NCBI GenBank assembly: GCA_963799775.1
Contig: CAWCYD010000003.1
Coordinates: 1,760,001 to 1,824,000, forward strand
Direction of reading: 5' to 3'
From: an uncultured archaeon
GTDB lineage: Archaea; Thermoproteota; Nitrososphaeria; Nitrososphaerales; Gagatemarchaeaceae
Length of the DNA stretch: 64,000 nt
Shown here in pieces: positions 17,902 to 28,703 of this stretch. Each line of letters begins with the position of its first letter. The stretch's first letter is position 1. Made by a program: the position numbers and the translations under genes. Under the pieces are notes generated by a model. It had not been told where the DNA came from. It did no database searches and saw nothing but the letters and a program-made list of their open reading frames with translations.

Positions 17902-20200
17902 CTACGGCTGGTTGACCTTGTAGATCAAGACGGTCGAGAAGCAGGCCACGGACTGCCCGAGTATCGCGCCGCACGAGAGCGGCGTGTCCAGGCTTGACGA
18001 GTGGAACACGATCTGGAACGGCGAAGTATCTCCGGTGAGCTGGAACGAATAGGGGGACGCGAAGAGCTGCAGAGGCGGCGCCCCGTTGTTGGGGTCGAGT
18101 GCGTAGGTCGAGGTCACCGACGCCGTGGAGTTGGTGATGTCGTAATAGCCCGCGAAGGTGAACGGCAGCATCTGCCCGAAGACAGTGTTGGTGAGCCCGG
18201 CGGGGGTGAGGTTGAAGCCGTCAGGGTTGGGCTCTATGAAGTTCGTCTCGTTCATCCCGGCGATGCTGATGAACCACTGTTTCTTGCTCTCGTCGCCTCC
18301 GCCTGGGGTGAACCCGTTGTTGCCCGCTGGCAGTTGCAGGACGTAGTAGCTCTGCCCGCCGAAGCTCGCCTGGCTGCCTGTCAGGAACATGATGACGTAG
18401 GTCGGCTTGCCGTGGCCCATGTTGAGGGCCTCGGTCGCTCCTGTTGTCGTGTTCGAGAAGAACATCTGCCCGATTTGGGCGATCCTGGTCTCGTTCAGGG
18501 TGGCGTTGTCAGCGACCGTGGTCCTGTTCCCCATCACGTTGACCCAGTACCCATAGTCCCACCAGCCGATGAAGACGGAGTTGGTCGGCGTGTTGTCCTT
18601 TATCCAGTTCAGCGCCTGGAGCCAGTCGACAATCTGCGAGTGAGAGAAGACGGTCCCACCGTTGGCTATCGTGACACCATAGTCGGCGGGGCTCTGGTCA
18701 CAGAGAGGGCTGCTCCCCGTGCACTGGACGGGGTTGGGTATCCAGAAGATGCTCGCTGGGAACGCGAGGAGGGCTATCAGAGCGATAGAGTAGACCGCCC
18801 TCATCTCGCTCTGCGTCGAGTAGGTCGGTTTCTTCCTCACGAGCGAAGGCCCGGCCGGCTTTAGGAGCGCGAAGAGGCAACTCGGCGAAGCCTATGCCTC
18901 CGAGGATCGCGAGGGCGATTGAGGAGTAGACGAGGAGACGCGCGAACGCGGCCGAGATGTAGAGGCTAGAGAGCCCTATGACCAGCGCGAAGCCGATCGC
19001 AGGGCTCTTGCGCTTGAAGGCGACGTAGGCCCCGAAGACGCCGAGGAACAGGAGCACCAGATACGACGAGAAGTAGTCGGATCCCAGCGGGAAGACCTGC
19101 TCTGCGACCGACTGGACGAGCGGGTCGCCGCTCCTCGCCCACGGGAGGATGGTCGAGAGGTATCTCCTGCTGACGGAGGAGAGCAGTCCGAAGCTCAGGA
19201 CCGTGAACGCGATGAGCCCAAAGCCGAGCATGACCTTCACCATGGTCCACCTGTACTCGGCGGGCTTCACCCAGGTCCGCATCCACTGGCCGACGACGAG
19301 GAAGATCGAGCCGCCTATGAGAGCGAAGCCGACGGGGTTCGTGACTATGGCCACCCCGGGCCTGGGGAATATCGCGCTCCCGAAGATGTCACCCGCCGCG
19401 AAGAGCAGGGCGACCATGGACATGTTGGGGACGTCGAAGTTCAGGAACGGCATTATCACGAAGAAGAACGCGAACGCGATGGTGAAGTACTCCCCTCCTC
19501 CCCATGCGGTGTTCGCGTAGCCTGCCAGAAGGCCTGCGACCACGGCGCGGAAAATTCGCTGCCTGTTGCTCATCGGGCTGTCGAGGAGGGTCAGGAAGAG
19601 GTACGCGGAGATGGCGAAGAGGAAGATGCAGAGGGGCTCCGACTTGAACCAGCCCAGGTTGCCTCTCTCTATGAGCGGCGGCGAGACCGCTATCATGAGC
19701 GCGGCGAAGAGTCCGCCGGCCTCGCCTGCGATGCGCTTCACCAAGAAGTAGAAGACGACGGAGGTGAGGGCGCCGACGAACACGGGGAAGAGGACGAGGT
19801 AATCGTAGAGGCTGTATTGCAGCCCGAAGACGTTCCTGAAGAAGAGGTACGAGAGCGCCCCCGCGAACTGCAGGCCGTCCTGCGAGGTCGCTGCCACCGC
19901 CCTGCCCTCGGGGAACCAGGTCGTGTAGTCGACCCAAGAGAAGTACTTCAGCAGCCCAGGGAATCCGCCCTGGCCCGCCTTCCAACTCGCGTCGAAGGAG
20001 GCGACGATGAAGTTGGCCGCCTTGTAGTCGTAATAGGGGTCGAACTCGTTGAGGTAGAAACCGTACTTGGCCGGGAAGATCCTCATCAGGATAGCGATCA
20101 CGAAGATTGCGACGAGTAGCATCCCTCCCATCATGCTCCGCCTGGTCAAGGTCGGGCGGTGCAGGGAGCCGCGTAGCAGGTTGGAAAATGTGCTACTCAA
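17902..20200 (-). CDS. aglB: Oligosaccharyltransferase AglB/STT3 (frameshift near 18870)
   Basis: EFDPYY, SVAEQ, WWDYG, DESKKQW. Confidence 0.93.
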
Positions 20201-20277
20201 ACTTGAGTTAGCGCGCCTTCGTGCGTTTTAAGAGCTTTTCGTTATCTGATTCGAGGGTGAAAGGCCCCTATCGCGGT

Positions 20278-20694
20278 CTACCCGTGCTCGGACTCTAGGG
20301 ACTTTAGCAGGTCTTCGTATTGCTTTGGCGAGAGGAGCGACTTGTTCTCCTCCTCGAACCTCGAGGGCTTCAGCTCGATGATCCATCCCTCCTCGTAGGG
20401 CGACTTGTTTATCAGCTCTGGATGGGTCGCGAGTTCGTTGTTCGTGGAGGTCACCACGCCCGAGAGCGGCGCGTAGAGCTCAGAGACCGCCTTGATGGAC
20501 TCGACGGTCCCGAAAGAGCTCAGCTGCGTCACGCTCTTTCCCACCGAGGGGAGGGTCAGGTAGACGATGTCGTTCAGGGTCTTGGCGGCGTAATCAGTTA
20601 TGCCCACGCGGGCCGTGTCGCCGGTGACCTTGGCCCATTCGTGTTCCTTCGTGTAGTAGAGGCCGTCCGCGACCTTGTAAGCAGAAGTGCTCAA
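20278..20694 (-). CDS. gcvH: Glycine cleavage H protein
   Basis: YTKEHEW, GITDYA, VESIKAVSELYAP, SPYEEGW. Confidence 0.95.
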   Translation of the reverse strand: MSTSAYKVADGLYYTKEHEWAKVTGDTARVGITDYAAKTLNDIVYLTLPSVGKSVTQLSSFGTVESIKAVSELYAPLSGVVTSTNNELATHPELINKSPYEEGWIIELKPSRFEEENKSLLSPKQYEDLLKSLESEHG

Positions 20695-20725
20695 ACACTC
20701 GGGGTCTTGCTTGTATCGCTTTTTA

Positions 20726-21850
20726 CTATTGCTGCGGCTTGCGCTTCCATCCGTATAGCGTCTCGTCGTAGACGGGGAACTTCACGATCTTGCCGTCGCT
20801 GGGAGCGTCCCTCACGACGACCTTGACGGCCTGGCCGAACTCGGAGGAGGGCTTCGCGACGTACGCCATCGCGATTCCTTTCTTCAAGACGGGGGAGAAG
20901 GTCGCCGCTGGTGACCACGCCTATCTCGTCGCCGGTCTGGTCGGTGACCTTGAAGTCTCTACGGGGGATCCGTTCCTCCATGACTACTCCTCGCCTGACC
21001 TTGTCAGGCCCTTGCTTGGCCAACGAGGCGAGCTTCTCCCATCCGACGTAGCCCTGCTTGTCCTTGGAGACGACCCAGCCCAGGTCCGCCTCGAGTGGGT
21101 TGGTGCCCTCGTCCATGTCGGACCCGTAGAGCGGCAGGCCAGCCTCCAGCCTGAGAGAGTCCCTCGCACCCAAGGCGCATGGTCTTGCCCCGTTGGCTAT
21201 CAGGGCTTCCCAGACTCCCATGGCCCCTTGGGCCGCGTCGTGGACGATTATCTCGAAGCCGTCTTCTCCCGTGTAACCCGTGCGCGTGATGACAGAGTCG
21301 ATGCCTTTCACGGTGGAGAAGGTGTGAGTGAACCTCTTCATCTCGGCAAGTGGGAGTGGGATCAGGGGCTGGAGCGTCTTGGCGGCTTCTGGGCCTTGGA
21401 TCGCGATCATCACTGTCTGGTCTGTGATGTCGTCCATCTGAAAGTCCATGCCGGCGCCGACGCTCCGCATGTGCCTGAGGTCTTCTCCTTGGTCGCGGCG
21501 TTCACCACGAAGAGATACTTCCCTTCCTCCACCTTGAGGACTATGAGGTCGTCGATTATCCCCGCGTCCTCGTTCAAGAGGAGGGTGTAGACCGATTTGC
21601 CGTTCGGCTGCTTCGCGATGCCTGTCGGGAGCAGGTGCTCCACGAACCTGGCCGCGTCGGGGCCTGCGACGTCGACCCGGCCCATGTGCGAGACGTCGAA
21701 GATGCCCGAGTGGTTCCTGACGGCCATGTGCTCCTCCATCGTGCTCGTGTACCAGATTGGCATGTCGTAGCCCGCGAACTCAACCATCTTGCCGTGCGAG
21801 CGGTGGAACTCATACAGCGGGGTCTGCTTTGTCGTCTTGGTGGTTGTCAT
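20726..21850 (-). CDS. gcvT: Glycine cleavage T protein (two frameshifts)
   Basis: FAGYDMP, FDVSHMG, LGARDSLRLEAG, GVVTSG. Confidence 0.92.
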
Positions 21851-21884
21851 GCCGCGTTTCGTATAATAGGAGGCCCTCCCTCGG

Positions 21885-22667
21885 TTGTTTAAGAGTAATT
21901 TGATTCGCTCCGTTTCTTTCACGCCGATAAGGACGCCGAGGAAGAGCGCCCCGTTCAATCTCGGGGACCTGGTCGACAAGACGGTGGGGCCCGAGCTGAG
22001 GGACGGCGACATCCTCGTGGTCTCGAGCAAGTTCATCGCCATCTCAGAGGGTCGGGTGGTAGACCTGGAGACCGTGGTGCCGAGCGACCAAGCAATCTCA
22101 GAGTCCAAGAGGCTGGATATGGCCCCCGAGCTGTGCGAGCTCATAATCAGGGAGTCCGATGATGTGATCGGGGGCGTGAGCGGGTTCATGCTATCCCTGA
22201 AGGAGGGGCTGCTGACCCCGAACGCGGGGATCGACAAGTCGAACGTCGAGCATGGCAGCGTGGTCCTGTATCCTCGCCGTCCGTTGGAGTCTGCGGTCGC
22301 TTTGGTCGAGGGGGTGAAGTTCAGGCGGGGGGTCGACGTGGGCGTGGTCGTCTCGGACAGCAGGCTCATGCCCACCAGGAAGGGGACCGTTGGGGTGGCT
22401 CTTGCCGCCGCGGGCATGGAGGCCATCGTCGACCTTCGCGGGAAGCCTGACCTGTTTGGGAACGTCTTGAAGGTGACCAGCCAGGCGATCGCGGACGACC
22501 TGTGCTCTGGCGCCCAGGTGATGATGGGCGAGGCCAACGAATCGACCCCCATCGTCTTGGTGCGAGGGCTGAGGGCTGACCCCGGGAGGAGGTATGGGAT
22601 GTCGAGCTTCGGCGTGGACCCTGAGCAGTGCGTCTACATGCGCAGCCTTGGATACCGCGCTAGGTGA
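21885..22667 (+). CDS. cofE: Coenzyme F420:gamma-glutamyl ligase family
   Basis: DGDILVVSSK, NAGIDKSN, DLFG..L.VT, MGEANE.TP. Confidence 0.88.
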   Translation: MFKSNLIRSVSFTPIRTPRKSAPFNLGDLVDKTVGPELRDGDILVVSSKFIAISEGRVVDLETVVPSDQAISESKRLDMAPELCELIIRESDDVIGGVSGFMLSLKEGLLTPNAGIDKSNVEHGSVVLYPRRPLESAVALVEGVKFRRGVDVGVVVSDSRLMPTRKGTVGVALAAAGMEAIVDLRGKPDLFGNVLKVTSQAIADDLCSGAQVMMGEANESTPIVLVRGLRADPGRRYGMSSFGVDPEQCVYMRSLGYRAR

Positions 22668-22854
22668 ATCTTCCTTCGAGCTTCATGACGTCGACCTTGA
22701 AATTCTCAGGGCTCAGCTTGGCCCCGCATTTCTTGCATCTGAACCCTGACGGCTTCAAAATGTCGTTTGGTGACCTGAGATCGAATCCAGAGTAGATCGG
22801 ATAGCCGCACTTGGAGCAGACGAGTTCATAGGTCACGGGCAAAAGTCGAGCCAT
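22660..22854 (-). CDS. Small Zn-ribbon protein
   Basis: CSKCG...CKKCG. Confidence 0.7.
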   Translation of the reverse strand: MARLLPVTYELVCSKCGYPIYSGFDLRSPNDILKPSGFRCKKCGAKLSPENFKVDVMKLEGRFT

Positions 22855-22903
22855 TGCTCTTAAAAGGATTCCAATGCGCGATGTTTCGAGTAAGATAGAG
22901 AGC

Positions 22904-25006
22904 ATGGGCTACACTCTGGTCGTCTGCGAGAAGCCGGATGCAGCGAGGAGGGTCTCGGAAGCGCTCTCGTCGAGGCCCCCGCGCGTCTCGAAGGTGGGCG
23001 ACGTCTCCGTCTTTCATGCGGCGGGCGCGGGCGGCAGAGAGTATGTGGTGTGCGCCGCTGCGGGACACCTCTACGGGATATCGGACGTCGTGAAGGACAG
23101 GCGGGTATACCCTGTGGCAGACGTGGAGTGGTTCCCGCTCTCTGCAGTCAGGAAGAAGGGCGTGGGGTTCGTCTCGGGTCGGATACGTGCGTTCAGCGTC
23201 CTCGCCAAGGGAGCGGACGCGTTCGTGAACGCGTGCGACCTTGACATCGAGGGCGAGACGATAGGTTACAACATACTGAGGTACGCGTGCGGCGGGAAAG
23301 AGGTCTCGGCCAAGCGGGCCAGGTTCTCCTCGCTCACCAACGAGGAGGTCGCGTCGGCGTTCAGCGACGAGAGGCTCGGATCTTCGGATGGCTCGGCCGT
23401 CGCGGGGAGATTGAGGCACGAGATCGATTTCCTTTGGGGGGTCAACCTCTCGAGGGCGCTCTCGGAGAGTTTCAGGTCCACGGGGAGCTTTCGGACGATC
23501 AGCATGGGTCGGGTGCAAGGCCCGACGCTGAACTTCGCCGTCGAGAGGGAGGTCGAGATCAAGACGTTCGTCCCCATCCCGTACTGGACGGTGGCAGGGA
23601 CGTTCGCGAAGGGGGGCGTCGTCTTTGAAGCGAAGTACTCCTCGAGCGCGACGCTGGCGACGAAGAGCTCCGCCGAAGACGTCAAGGCCGCATGTGAGGG
23701 GAGAGAGGGGGTCGTCTCCAGCGCCTCCCGAAGGAGATTCAGCCAGAGACCTCCGCCTCCCTTCAATCTGGCCGACCTTCAGAAGGAAGCTTTCAGGGTC
23801 ATAGGTTACACACCCAGCAGGACGCTCCAGGTGGCGCAGAAGCTGTATCTCGCGGCAGTGATCTCCTATCCTCGGACCGCTAGCCAGAGGCTCCCCAAAT
23901 CCGACCACAAGAGTATCCTCTCCAAGATTGGGGCCGTACCTGGATACTCGGAGGCAGTGAACGAGATCCTTTCGAGGGGTGTTCTTCACCCTGTACAAGG
24001 GCAGGGGGCGGATCCTGCTCATCCAGCGATCTATCCCACGGGCGAGACTGCGAAGAGGTCTCTGGGGACCGAAGAGGCCAAGGTCTACGACCTCGTCGTG
24101 AGGCGGTTCCTTTCGTGCTTCGGCGAGGACGCGGTCCGCGAGGTCACGGTAATCAAAATCTCCGTGGGGACGCATGAGTTCGAGGTGGAGGAGACCGCTG
24201 TCTTGTCACCGGGATGGCTGAAGCTGATTGGAACACAGCGACATGGATCGGACAGGGCAGTAGGCTTGCCTGAGCTCAAAGAGGGGGAGAAGGTCGAGTG
24301 CAAGTCGGTCTTGGTCGACGAGCACCTGCGGGCTCCTCCGTCCAGGTTCAACCAGATGACGTTGCTCGAGAAGATGGAGGGCGAGGGGATAGGCACGAAG
24401 GCGACTCGAGCCGATATCATATCCACCCTCTTAGAGAGGGGTTACGTCGTGGGGCAGACGCTCGCCCCCACGGACCTGGGTTTCGCGGTCATCGAGTCCA
24501 TGCGTGTGACCTGCCCTCAAATCATCTCCACGCGTCTGACCCGGGAGATAGAGGCCCAGCTCGAGAGCATGGAGCTCACCGGGATGCCCCGCTCGGAGTT
24601 CTTCGAGCAGACGCTCTCGACCTTGGTGGCGCAGCTCGGGGAGATCAGGGTGAGGGAGGGCGAGATAGCGAGCAGAATGCGAGGTTCGCTGGCAGGAGGA
24701 AGCCCAGGCAGGGTCGTCTTGGGGAGGTGCCCGGTCTGCAAGGAGGGGGAGCTATGGGTGGTCCGCTCCCGCACTTCGGGCAAGAGGTTCGTGGGTTGCA
24801 CGAACTACTCGAAGGGCTGCAAGGCCTCTGCGCCCCTCCCACAGCGTGGAGCCATCAAGGTCGCAGCCAAGCCGTGTGGTAGATGTGGTTGGCCAGTCGT
24901 CTACGTCAGGTATGGTCGGCGTCCGTGGAAGCTGTGCGTGAATGACAGGTGCCCCGGCAAGGTGAACGTCTACGCGATGCGCGGCCAAGCGAAGAGAGCG
25001 GCATGA
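22904..25006 (+). CDS. topA: Type IA DNA topoisomerase
   Basis: EKP, ACDLDIEGE, GRVQGPTL, ISYPRT, GIGTKATR, C-terminal Zn ribbons. Confidence 0.95.
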   Translation: MGYTLVVCEKPDAARRVSEALSSRPPRVSKVGDVSVFHAAGAGGREYVVCAAAGHLYGISDVVKDRRVYPVADVEWFPLSAVRKKGVGFVSGRIRAFSVLAKGADAFVNACDLDIEGETIGYNILRYACGGKEVSAKRARFSSLTNEEVASAFSDERLGSSDGSAVAGRLRHEIDFLWGVNLSRALSESFRSTGSFRTISMGRVQGPTLNFAVEREVEIKTFVPIPYWTVAGTFAKGGVVFEAKYSSSATLATKSSAEDVKAACEGREGVVSSASRRRFSQRPPPPFNLADLQKEAFRVIGYTPSRTLQVAQKLYLAAVISYPRTASQRLPKSDHKSILSKIGAVPGYSEAVNEILSRGVLHPVQGQGADPAHPAIYPTGETAKRSLGTEEAKVYDLVVRRFLSCFGEDAVREVTVIKISVGTHEFEVEETAVLSPGWLKLIGTQRHGSDRAVGLPELKEGEKVECKSVLVDEHLRAPPSRFNQMTLLEKMEGEGIGTKATRADIISTLLERGYVVGQTLAPTDLGFAVIESMRVTCPQIISTRLTREIEAQLESMELTGMPRSEFFEQTLSTLVAQLGEIRVREGEIASRMRGSLAGGSPGRVVLGRCPVCKEGELWVVRSRTSGKRFVGCTNYSKGCKASAPLPQRGAIKVAAKPCGRCGWPVVYVRYGRRPWKLCVNDRCPGKVNVYAMRGQAKRAA

Positions 25007-25133
25007 CGGCAGGCCCTTCGGAGCATGCTCCCCTTAGAGAAGTCCGAGCGGAAGCTTGAAAAGGAGATAAGGGTGGCGAAAAAGCTGGCCGGCGGGAAAT
25101 AGAGGTATTCGAGATGACCGAGAGAGGCGAGCT

Positions 25134-25535
25134 TTGGGTTTGATAAGGCAGTGGTTCGACTCGAACGTGTCGGGGATTAGGGAGCGCTTCGTGAAGGTCA
25201 CCGAACGGAGCCGCATTTCGGCGACGGTCAGGAACAACTGGATTGAGTTCTTGTACATGGGAGGCATCATCATCATGTCTGCGGGCATAGTCAGCGCGCT
25301 GGCGAGCCCGACGCCCCAGCAATATGTCATCTATCCTGGCAGGTCGGGCCAGTCGATTGCGGAGACCGTGATCTACGCGATGGCCATGGCGATGGGGTTC
25401 GGAGGCCTCTACTTCTCGTATCTCAGCGGTAGGCAGACGGTCAAGCCGAGGCTTGTCGGCTTCTTCCTCGCCCTCGGCTTGATCCTGATTGGCGTAGCGA
25501 TCTACATCGAGATGTACGTCTACTTCGCAAAGTAG
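25134..25535 (+). CDS. Three-TM membrane protein, OST3/OST6/OSTC C-terminus-like
   Basis: IYPGRSGQSIAETVIY followed by TM helices. Confidence 0.55.
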   Translation: MGLIRQWFDSNVSGIRERFVKVTERSRISATVRNNWIEFLYMGGIIIMSAGIVSALASPTPQQYVIYPGRSGQSIAETVIYAMAMAMGFGGLYFSYLSGRQTVKPRLVGFFLALGLILIGVAIYIEMYVYFAK

Positions 25536-25553
25536 AGTGCCGAGTGGACCGCA

Positions 25554-26129
25554 CTAGGCCCGTAGGACGAACCGCTCCTCTGCCCAGGCCCCTTTGAGGA
25601 TGACGGAGTCGGCATCGACCTTCGTGTCAACTAGCAGGTCGCCGAGCAAAGCCAAAGACCGTGCGCCTTGGACGCCCTGCTTCTTTTCAAAGTCTGCCCT
25701 GTAGGCGGTCGTCAGCGCCCAGGTGTTGTTCAGCCTGGCGTTCAAAGAGATGAGCTTCATCAGGATTGTGAGCTCTTGAGATTTGCGCGAATCCGATGCC
25801 AGTGAGTATAGGGAGTTCAGGTCGTCGATGATTAGGAGCTCGCTCTTCGAGGAGAGCAAGGTCAGAAGGGAGCTGACATGGAAGTCTCCCTCGGGGAGGA
25901 GGAGCAGCTCGCCCTTTGGTCCATCCTTGTCTACGAGCCTGTCCATGTTCGAGCAGTAGAAGGCGTCCGTGTCGAGGACCGTTGTCTTGATTGACCGGAG
26001 GCTCGTGCATCCGAGGATGAACCGACTCATGGGTAATTTCGCCTGGGCCTCGTGCATGAGGAGGACCGTGAGGCCTCCCTTCAGGGGTGCCAGGAACTTG
26101 GATGCCTGCTCATCTGTGGGAACGCTCAT
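25554..26129 (-). CDS. Degenerate RecA/RadB-fold protein
   Basis: VLDTD and LLIIDDLNSLY (Walker B-like); no Walker A. Confidence 0.55.
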   Translation of the reverse strand: MSVPTDEQASKFLAPLKGGLTVLLMHEAQAKLPMSRFILGCTSLRSIKTTVLDTDAFYCSNMDRLVDKDGPKGELLLLPEGDFHVSSLLTLLSSKSELLIIDDLNSLYSLASDSRKSQELTILMKLISLNARLNNTWALTTAYRADFEKKQGVQGARSLALLGDLLVDTKVDADSVILKGAWAEERFVLRA

Positions 26130-26164
26130 AAGTTCGCCGCGACCTTTTCGTGCCAGGAACCGTC

Positions 26165-26797
26165 ATGAAGACTATTAAGGTCGTGACAGATGATGGGAAC
26201 GCCTACTACGACATCGTCTCCAGGCTCAAGAAGACGCATCTAAGGTTCTCAAGTGTCTCAGGGCAGACGGTTAATCTCGCCCATGACCTTGTCATCACCA
26301 GTAAGATGGAGTCCTCGGCGTTCGAGGGGGGCGCCGTAGCGATAGAGGATTTGGACAAGGACCCGGTGGTGATGGAGGGGCAGCTGCTCTCCCTGCTCGT
26401 CGACGAGCCGAGAAGGGAGCTTCTGGTTGGTGTCGACCCTGGGTCAAGGATTGGCGTGGCGGTATTCTACGGTGGGAGCCAGGTTGGCTCGTTGACGATG
26501 AACTCGGTCGAGGAGTCGGTCGACTTTGTGGCAAACGTGGTGCGGAAGGTACCTCACATCTCGGCCACGGTCAAGGTCGGGGGTGGGGAGCCGAAGGCCT
26601 CGCTTCGGTTTGCTAGCGCGCTGAGGGTCCGACTGCCGCGGTCCGCGTCAATCGAGATTGTCGACGAGTCTGGTACGTCCGCCAGGAAGCGGGGCGTGGT
26701 CGGCGCGACCAAGGACCAGATGGCGGCGGCGAGGATCGCCTTCCGCAAGGGACCCAATTTCAACGACGTCCGGCCGCTGAAAAAAAGTCCCGTGTGA
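26165..26797 (+). CDS. Conserved hypothetical protein with RNase H-like/YqgF-type domain
   Basis: LLVGVDPGSRIGVAV...VDESGTS...D..AA..IA. Confidence 0.65.
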   Translation: MKTIKVVTDDGNAYYDIVSRLKKTHLRFSSVSGQTVNLAHDLVITSKMESSAFEGGAVAIEDLDKDPVVMEGQLLSLLVDEPRRELLVGVDPGSRIGVAVFYGGSQVGSLTMNSVEESVDFVANVVRKVPHISATVKVGGGEPKASLRFASALRVRLPRSASIEIVDESGTSARKRGVVGATKDQMAAARIAFRKGPNFNDVRPLKKSPV

Positions 26798-28661
26798 TTG
26801 TGGAGATTGACTCGGCCGGGAAATTCCCCACCACCATGTCTTCTCTCAGCCATGGAGGCATCAGGTCGACCACGTTCTGCGCGGCGAAGCGGGAGTCCAA
26901 GAAGAAGACCATGCCGACCTTGCCTGGGTCTCTGACATGCCGACCGGCGCACTGGAACGCCTTGCGCAGCGCGGGCAACAGAGACAGCACCAGGTAGGCC
27001 TCGTGTTTGTCGTAGCGGTCTCTCTCCATCTGTTTGTACTCCGCGAACATCGTGGGTGAGGGAGGAGGGAAGGGTAGACCCACCACCACAGACGCGTCCA
27101 TCTGGTCGCCGGGGAAGTCTTCCCCCTCGGAGAACCTGCCGCCTTGGACGGCAAAGAGGACCTGGCCTGAGTTCGACTTGAAGGCCCTCATCATCTCCTC
27201 GGACTCGGAGTTCGAGAGACCCGGTCTCTCGACCAAGACGATCCTTGAGGATTGGTTTCCTCCGGGCCTTTCGAGTGTCTGGCGTAACGGGCCCGCCACG
27301 GCTCCCAGCACGGCGTAGGACGGCAGGAAGACGCCCACCCCGCCCGCGGTGCAGGAGCAGATAGCTGCCACCTTCTTCGCGATCTCTGAGTACATCTGGC
27401 TCGAGCGCATCTTGAACCGGGTGGTGACGCTGGTGTCTACGACGGTCCTTATCCTGAACTTGTAGGCCGTGGACACCGTGTGGACCGAGGTCGAGTTCTG
27501 GTCTAGGCCGATTGAGCGCAAGAAGAGGGCCGAGGGGTTAATCGTAGCGGAGAGCAGTATGATGCTCCTGAAACCTGCGATGGCTCTGAGGAACCTGAGC
27601 GACGGGTTTGTGTCAATCAGGAAGAGGGCCGAGTCGGACTTCGCTAGCGCCACATCGAGGTCCACCGAGGCGAGCAGGGCGCTCAGGAAAGCGCCCACCT
27701 TGATTATGGAGACGGGAAGGTTCCGCATGGTGGCCACCGAGTACCATGCGACGCCCGAGTTCGTCGTCAGCTGGAAGACGAGGTCCGAGAGCCAGTCCTT
27801 CGGATGGTCGCCTGTTATCGCGTTGATGAATGCGGGCTTGTCTACGAACCAGCTCTCTGTCTGAGAGCAGAAACGTGAGGCCTTGTCGCAGATCTCTGCG
27901 AGCGCGGAAGAGATGTCGGCAAGGTAGAGGTTCTTCGAGTCGTCGACGCAGGCGCGGATGTCCGAGAATGCCAGCTCTGTCGTCGAGTCGCCGGAGAGGA
28001 AGTCTCTCACGTTGTGGGCCTCGTCTATCACGCCTACCATCTTCCCGAGAGGTTCGTCGTTGGAGATGAGGATGGACCTAGAGCTCTGGTCGAGCAGGTA
28101 GTGATAGGTCGTGACGATGATGTCAGAGCGGGCCACCGACATCCGCGCCACCTCGTAGGGGCAGATGTGGAGCTCGTTGCCGCGAAGGAGGAGCTCCGTC
28201 ATCGGGCCTGGCGTCTTGGTGTGATGGTCCACGAGCTTCTCGATCTTGTCACGGTTGAAGGGGACGTTGAGGAAGTAGCTGCAGAGGTTGTTTGAGGTCT
28301 GGAAACTGCAGTACCACTTGAACGTCTCCGGCGCGACTCCGAAGGCCTTCTGCCTGAGCAGGCAGTAGTCGAACTTTGAGAAGAGGCTCGTGGCCCGCAA
28401 CGGATGGCGTCCGGAGAAGCGCTGCAGCTCCTCCAGGACCCGGAAGACCTGTCTCTTTGTACGGCACACGTAAATCACCCGGAGCCCGTCGTCTGTCGCT
28501 GCGGATATCACACCGGCTAGGACGGCCGCCGTCTTACCGAACCCGCTCATCGCCTCCGCGACGAGCTTCTCGCCCCTCTTGCAGGAGACGTAGACCGACT
28601 GGGAGAGTTCCTTCTGTCCCTGCCTGAAGGAAGGATAGGGGAAGATTTCCTCGGGGAGCAC
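26760..28661 (-). CDS. xpd: XPD/Rad3 Fe-S DNA helicase
   Basis: GFGKT, Fe-S Cys incl. CPY, DEAHN, SAT, QCAGRHVR. Confidence 0.92.
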   Translation of the reverse strand: MLPEEIFPYPSFRQGQKELSQSVYVSCKRGEKLVAEAMSGFGKTAAVLAGVISAATDDGLRVIYVCRTKRQVFRVLEELQRFSGRHPLRATSLFSKFDYCLLRQKAFGVAPETFKWYCSFQTSNNLCSYFLNVPFNRDKIEKLVDHHTKTPGPMTELLLRGNELHICPYEVARMSVARSDIIVTTYHYLLDQSSRSILISNDEPLGKMVGVIDEAHNVRDFLSGDSTTELAFSDIRACVDDSKNLYLADISSALAEICDKASRFCSQTESWFVDKPAFINAITGDHPKDWLSDLVFQLTTNSGVAWYSVATMRNLPVSIIKVGAFLSALLASVDLDVALAKSDSALFLIDTNPSLRFLRAIAGFRSIILLSATINPSALFLRSIGLDQNSTSVHTVSTAYKFRIRTVVDTSVTTRFKMRSSQMYSEIAKKVAAICSCTAGGVGVFLPSYAVLGAVAGPLRQTLERPGGNQSSRIVLVERPGLSNSESEEMMRAFKSNSGQVLFAVQGGRFSEGEDFPGDQMDASVVVGLPFPPPSPTMFAEYKQMERDRYDKHEAYLVLSLLPALRKAFQCAGRHVRDPGKVGMVFFLDSRFAAQNVVDLMPPWLREDMVVGNFPAESISTITRDFFSAAGRR

Positions 28662-28703
28662 CCAGGCTCATGGTGATTCCCTATTTCAGGGCAGATGTAT
28701 TTT

